From: Amoebidium appalachense
Lineage: Eukaryota > Protista > Ichthyosporea
Assembly (NCBI GenBank): GCA_963693365.1
Contig: CAVNZM010000008.1
Coordinates: 7,822,830-7,886,829 of the forward strand
Length of the DNA stretch: 64,000 bases
Direction of reading: 5' to 3'
Of this stretch, positions 57,819 through 64,000 are shown in pieces (positions within the stretch are counted from its first letter, which is position 1; each line of letters opens with the position of its first letter). Position numbers and translations under genes: made by a program. The notes under the pieces were generated by a model. The model was not told where the DNA came from, did no database searches, and saw only the letters and a list, made by a program, of their open reading frames with translations.

Positions 57819-59030
57819 TTTCGGTTTTTTTTAATGATTTGAAAGGCGCAACGGTGTTTCAGTTCGCGAACAAAGAGAAGAAGGATTTTGAATGTGAAGA
57901 AGAACACATGCATGTTGATGCCCCAACTTTATAGACGCAAGTGTGGACAAAGGAACGTGAGCGTAAGCCTACATGATTGGCTCCATGTATTTACAGTAAT
58001 TTAGATGCATGATAAAGAAATTTCAAATCTTTAATAAGACGTTTAAATTCACAAAGATCATTGTTTGAGTGGTCTGTTGAAACTTTTTATTCTTTCTAAG
58101 AGTACGCTACTCATTCCGCAAAAAGAACCAATCGCCAGACCCCAAAGGCACCACCGCAAATAGTCTAAATTTGAGACCCACCGCTCATAGTGACTCATAC
58201 ATTATATGCTCAAATATAAGATCATTACGTCATATAAAGGGACTAATCTATTAGATCTTCCGCGCGTTCCTACTCTCGTTTTTATTGGTCACCGGCCTGG
58301 AGTGCCCGGAATCCCCGGTTGCTCGGGCATGGGACCGACTCCGGGAGGCCGCGCGTGAAATGTCTACACGTGTAGTAGGCTTTACTTTGCCTTGCCTGTG
58401 CTTTTTACAAAACGGGTGTGTACACGTGTGCGCGTTGGTGTCTGTGCGTTCCTGTGTGTATACTACCGTACACATGCATACTTACAGGGTTGATTTATGT
58501 AGCACGTGATATTGCCCTATCGCTATTTGGTGTAAGCACTAAGCAGCTATTTCAGCTGCGATCCTGTGTTGCTATGAGATAACTGTGCATGTGCCCCTCG
58601 ATGCACTCGTCTGTAATTTCTTTGACTCTTTTTTCCATTTTGATGGGTACCGGTCTTGCCAGCGCTAGCACTGGCAGCAGCTGCTGATCGGGCCAAGGGT
58701 TCGAACTTCGAATCACTAGAAATGAACCAATGAAATGCATTCCCGCCAAATCTAGGTATTCACCATAAGCAGCTTTTATTTCTATGTTCCTGTTGGCCTA
58801 GAGAATTTCTGTGAATCCGGTGATTTGGGAACATCAAGATGGCCGTGAGCGGGAAACTTTGAGAGCCAGTCACTCCTGGTTCGAAAGGAAGAGAGAGAAT
58901 GGAGGGTCCTTCCTGTTGCCAACCGAGTAGCTAATATACGGTGGTTGTGGTGTTAAAGAGAGAGTTATCAACCTAATTTGAACTAACAAGCGCATTTTGG
59001 TAAGAAGTAGTTATCTTTCTGTCCGAAAAA

Positions 59031-61678
59031 ATGAAGATGAATAAGGACATCGTGGGTCCATACCGCGAGCTGTGTGCGGAGGTGGGCATAGACGCAAACG
59101 ATCGTGACTGTGAATGGATAGAGTTCATGCCCCATGGAGACGAAGCAAGCGACCAGGCAGTTGCGAGGTACAGACAAAAAATAGACCACCGTTTCCAGGT
59201 GCCCATGTCGGATGATGATTTTCGCAGACTTCCCCACAACATGGGTGAGAGCTGGGTTATTTCATTCACAGACACCAAAACAGAGAACGTTTTTGTGACA
59301 ACATGCACCGTTTCCAAGTGTCTCGGCGATGATTGGAGATTTGACGAAAATGCACCTGGGTGCGTTGTTGCCCACCAGCAATCCGACACGTTCCCTATAC
59401 CTGTTGACGACGCTCTTCTGTGCTTGAAAAAGGCATGCATCGCTCCACGTTATGGCGAGCCCAGGATCCCTGGCTACCTGCTTGTAGCGGCGCGTTTCGA
59501 AACTCAGTTCGGTGTTTTGGCCGAATTCTGCCGGAAAGTGGGCATGACATGTTCTCTGGAAGATTGGGACGTTGCGAAAATGAACGCTGCGAAATTCGGC
59601 ACTGATCCTTATGGTTTCAACAACAGGATGCGCACATCGGCAACAGACCCACGCCTGTTGGCTGTCGTCTTCAAAAACGACGGGAATGAAGCGTTTAAGA
59701 AGAAGAAGTTTAACGAGGCAATAAAGTTCTACACGAAGGGGATCAATTGTCTCGGCGAGGATGATGAGGACACGTACCTGCTGTATAGCAACCGGTGTGC
59801 ATGTTACATGCAGCAGAAGAAATATGCAGAGGCGCTTGCGGATGCGGTGACCATCACGACGATAAAACCCACATGGGAGAAAGGTTTCATGCGTTTGGCA
59901 CGCGCTCATGAGGTGAAATTGACTCCCCCCCTACCCCCCTCCCCCCCTCCCCCCCTCCCCTTCCCTCCCTCCCCCCCCCCCCCCTCCCCCTCTCTGCCTG
60001 CCGGCCGGCCCGCCCCTCCCCTTTTTTTCACGTCCCCACCCACAACCCCCCACCTCAGCTGGTGCCCTTCCTTCCACCCTCCTATTCCCTCATCATCCTA
60101 TCTCTCCTCACCCTTCCCTCCTACCTTCCCCGCCCTCCCCCCCCCCCCCCCCCCCCTTCCACCTCTCCTTCTCGTCCTCCCCCCCCCCTCCCCGAGTCCC
60201 ATTTCCCTACCTCCTTTTTTGGTCATTCCTTTTTCATAGCCCGTGCCAGTCATGATAGGTTCCTTCAATCAGCATTCTTGTTTCGTTTCTGCCCAATTTT
60301 CCATTCTGCCTGGTTGCGCAAATCAAAACGTCCCCTTCTCCTCCTTGTATCGATCAATACCAGGCAGTATAAGGCTTTCCACCAGTACAATCTCCTCAAC
60401 CACCGCACTTGGCAGCGTTTACTCGGATGCTCTTTATCCCCCCCCCCCCCCCCCCCCCCCCCCCCTTCCTTTCTTCCCTCCCCCTCCTCCCCCCTTCCCC
60501 CCTTTCCTTCTTTCCTCGGCCCCACTACCTCCCCCATCCATCCCCAACCCGTCCTAAGTTTCCTTCGTCCCACACCCTCCAAACACCACCGTGGCATCAC
60601 CATACCCCCCCCCCCCCCCCCCCCCCTGCCGCACCCCACACATCCACACATACACACATGCCACCTCTCATGTACCCCCCCCCCCCCCCCCCCCCTCCTT
60701 CCCTCCCCCCTCCCCTCCCCCGACCCTCTCCCTTCCCTTCCGTCCCACCATATCAACCTAGCCACACAATGTATTTCTTACAGAACACTTCAAAATGTTA
60801 GGCCATGTGCACCCCCCCCCCCCCCCCCTCCTCTCCACTCTGCGTCTGCTCAATCTCCGTGTTTGTCCCCTTTCTTGATGAAATATCTAAGACTGTCTGT
60901 GTTATGTTTATTTTAGGTGGCTGTATATGCTAGGAACCCCTGACCGAAAACCGTTGTGATTATGATGTCGTGCCGTAGACTTCATTCTCCACCCCCCCCC
61001 CCCCCCCCCCCCCCTCGCCGGCGCCTATCTCCCCACCCACCCGCCCGCGCTCGCCCCCGTAACAACCCAAAAAACTGCAGATTACAAACGTACAGGCGGC
61101 TGGACACTTGCATACCCAATCACCTACAACCACATGCACACAGAAACACATACACACAAGCGCCTGCGCGCGCGCGCGCAGACACACACACACACACACA
61201 ACACACACCAACGGACACACACAACACACACCAACACACACACACACCAACATTCACCTGCTCATACATACATTATCCACACGGGAGACACACTGGCGCA
61301 CAAGCACGTGCGTGCACGTGCTCATACGTACAGAACAAAAATCCCCCCCCCCCTACCCCATCCCACCCCCACCCCTCTCTCTCTCCCCGCCCCCTCCCCC
61401 CCCCCCACCCACCCACCGCCACTCCAGCCGCACACACAAAGTCACTGCCCTCGCCCACTTGCCCAGCTCCCCCCGGTAGTTCATTTTTTTATCCCCCCAA
61501 TGTTTCTGTCCCTTACTCAACCGCAAACATAAATACTAACTTAGGCAAAATTTCATTGCAGGAACTGGGCAACCTTGAAGACGCGGTGATTGCATGGGCC
61601 GAGGCGTGCCGACTGAGCCCTGAGAATGCAGAGTATGCTGAGAACTACCGCAAGGCAAAAGACAGGTGCAAGAAGTGA
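59031..61678 (+). CDS. TPR-repeat protein with an uncharacterised ~205-aa N-terminal domain (~332 aa); exons 59031-59912 and 61562-61678
   Basis: FKNDGNEAFKKKKFNEAIKFYTKGI...LYSNRCACY...WEKGFMRLARAHE|ELGNLEDAVIAW...LSPEN gives three TPRs; phase-0 GT-AG intron. Confidence 0.9.
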
Positions 61679-62744
61679 TTGGCTACACAGGGAGATTGGT
61701 GATTTAAATTGGTTTTTTATTTGTTTGACAGTATTTTTTCTGTTCACCCGTTTGACATCCACGTGCACAAGGGTACACACACATGCGTGCACACACACTC
61801 GCGTGCACGCACACCACACAGAAACACACACACACACATACACGCACACGCGCGCGCGCGCACACACACACACGCAAAAACATGCACAATGTGGCACACA
61901 CACACAGAGACACACACACACATACACACACGGTGTACACACTGCAGGAATTTCAGTATATGACGTAGTCGATCAGAGATGTTGGTAGAGTTTAATTGAG
62001 GTGAGCCTGGATTGTCTACTTATGGTTCATTTCGAAAAACGTTAGCGGGGGTCAGATCAGAAGTGGCGATAGGAGATTTGTTTGATGGGTTTCGGGGGAG
62101 AGTGACGGGAACATGAAAGTGTAAGTGATGACTCTGAGTCAATCAAATGAGCTGTGTCCTTGTGTGCAAACTATATGGTGGCATTATTTCGTTGCTTTAT
62201 GTCAATTGTTATTATAAGTTACGTAGTATACCAATAATATGTATGTATAGTACCCACCGAGCTATGGAAGTAGCATATCTGTGTGTGTCTTTAAATATAT
62301 CTAATCAATATGGTCACGGCCCACGTGCAGAATTGTACGATGCTCTCCCGTGAATGTATGTATACGGCTAACTTGAAACACCAACCTTTTGAGCCTACGG
62401 AAATCTTTTTAAATTGCCCCCCCCCTCCTCTTCGAGCTACCCCCCTTGAATTTTCCCCCCTTCTTTAAATAAGTCACCTGCCAACTTTTAACCTCTATGT
62501 AATCTCCGACCCACAGGCAAGCACACACACTTCGGTACTATAACCCAGCATGCAAGTGCGTACATATACACATACACTGCTAGTGTATTTATCAATCACT
62601 GATGTAGCATGCAACAAAACACATGCCATTGCAATCATTCACACGTCAGACCTAACGACCCACATGCAGGCGCATCGAGCCAGCTACTTGTCCTCCCCCC
62701 CCCCCCTCCCCCCCCTCCCCCCCCCCCTTCCCACTCTCCCCCTT

Positions 62745-62861
<117 letters not shown>

Positions 62862-63256
62862 GGCAGGGCCCCAGCTGCGCAGGGAGCTTACAATGTTAGC
62901 TGAGCCTCGCACATAAGATGCATCATAGTGGTATGCATGAACGGTCTAATAAGTGTAACTTGATTTTTTTCATGTATATCTTGTTGGGTGTAAGTACTCT
63001 TGGTCTTGGTGCCGACAACTCAACGCAGCTCACCTATATTTGTTAATTTGAACAGCACATCCCCCCCCCCTCTAATAATTAGACATATTGAATTTCGATA
63101 TCGATTTGGAGCCGCATGATCAGTTGCACTGCTTCTCGTGTCACAGTGCGTGCATGTGCCGGCTTACCATGATTTTTCGGTCAAACTTTAAAAAAAATAG
63201 GCTTGATTATTGCTAGCGCTAAAAAAAAAAAAAATACTCAGCTGCAGCCTGAATCA

Positions 63257-63299
<43 letters not shown>

Positions 63300-63354
63300 A
63301 CACACACACAAAAAAAAAAAAAAAAAATCTCCGTTCATCCAACCTGACGTATAT

Positions 63355-63390
<36 letters not shown>

Positions 63391-63608
63391 GCGCACACAT
63401 ACACACACACACACACGCGCGCGCGCGCATGTGCGCACGTACAAACACACACATGCAGACACACACCACGCACACCCACCCACACAGTGTCACACGCAGA
63501 CACGCAGTCACACACGCACACGTGCACACGTGCACACATGCACGCACGCACACACACCCGCATGCACAGAAGTGATCATTCGTGTCGCGGCCACTTCCAT
63601 CTCGCCGT

Positions 63609-63867
63609 TCACATTTTAAATCGTAATCGTGCGTAATCGAAGACAATCTGTGAGCCATTCTCGGTTTCCAAAATAGTACCAACCATTGATATGGTCGCTA
63701 TATTTAGCTCTCCCTGAAATCGATCCCTAGAGGGCCAATATAAATGACCAAACATGTCGTTGCCAAAGGCCCCCCGCCACAAAGAGACAGGACAGCCAAA
63801 GTGCACAACTGTCTTTTTCGTTCCATGTTTTTCGCTCGAATTCGTGATCTTCGTAACTTTTGTAGCC
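63609..63867 (-). other. Possible terminal coding exon of a gene extending beyond the window
   Basis: Acceptor-like TTTACAG followed by ~85 open codons of ordinary composition; no recognised homology. Confidence 0.25.
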
Positions 63868-64000
63868 TGTAAATGCTTACAAGTACCTCAAAGTGAAGCT
63901 AATTAGAATAGCTAGAGGTAGCGCCAGTTGCTAACTAGTTGAGGGTTGATTTTAAGAAACGATTTTGGCAGGGTGATTATTCTTCTGGAAGCCAACCTCT

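Overview
Eukaryotic, probably fungal-like genomic DNA (inferred from GT-AG introns and gene content; the taxon cannot be assigned from this window). Introns and intergenic spacers are packed with poly-G/poly-C runs and (CA)n/(GA)n microsatellites, so most short ORFs in the track are artefacts. Manual, phase-checked splicing supports six genes: a secreted hyper-acidic protein, an apparently intact 6-exon Mutator (FAR1-MULE-SWIM) transposase, an unknown 6-exon gene with 17-aa repeats just upstream of it, two intronless paralogous single-C2H2-finger genes and a 6-exon NADP-dependent oxidoreductase (PTGR/YncB family). A 2-exon TPR-protein gene lies divergent from the oxidoreductase. Mobile or decayed DNA includes a decayed LINE, a related LINE fragment nested in a transposase intron, a PPT plus LTR remnant, a candidate TIR element and frameshifted exons of a bacterial-like carbohydrate-binding domain. 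The most unusual structures are a ~6.7 kb imperfect inverted repeat (about 45.6-52.3 kb), a motif shared in inverted orientation at 7.9 kb and 25.5 kb that may delimit a large cargo-carrying Mutator, and strand-coherent G or C polarity within individual introns. All alignments were done by eye; no database searches were run.
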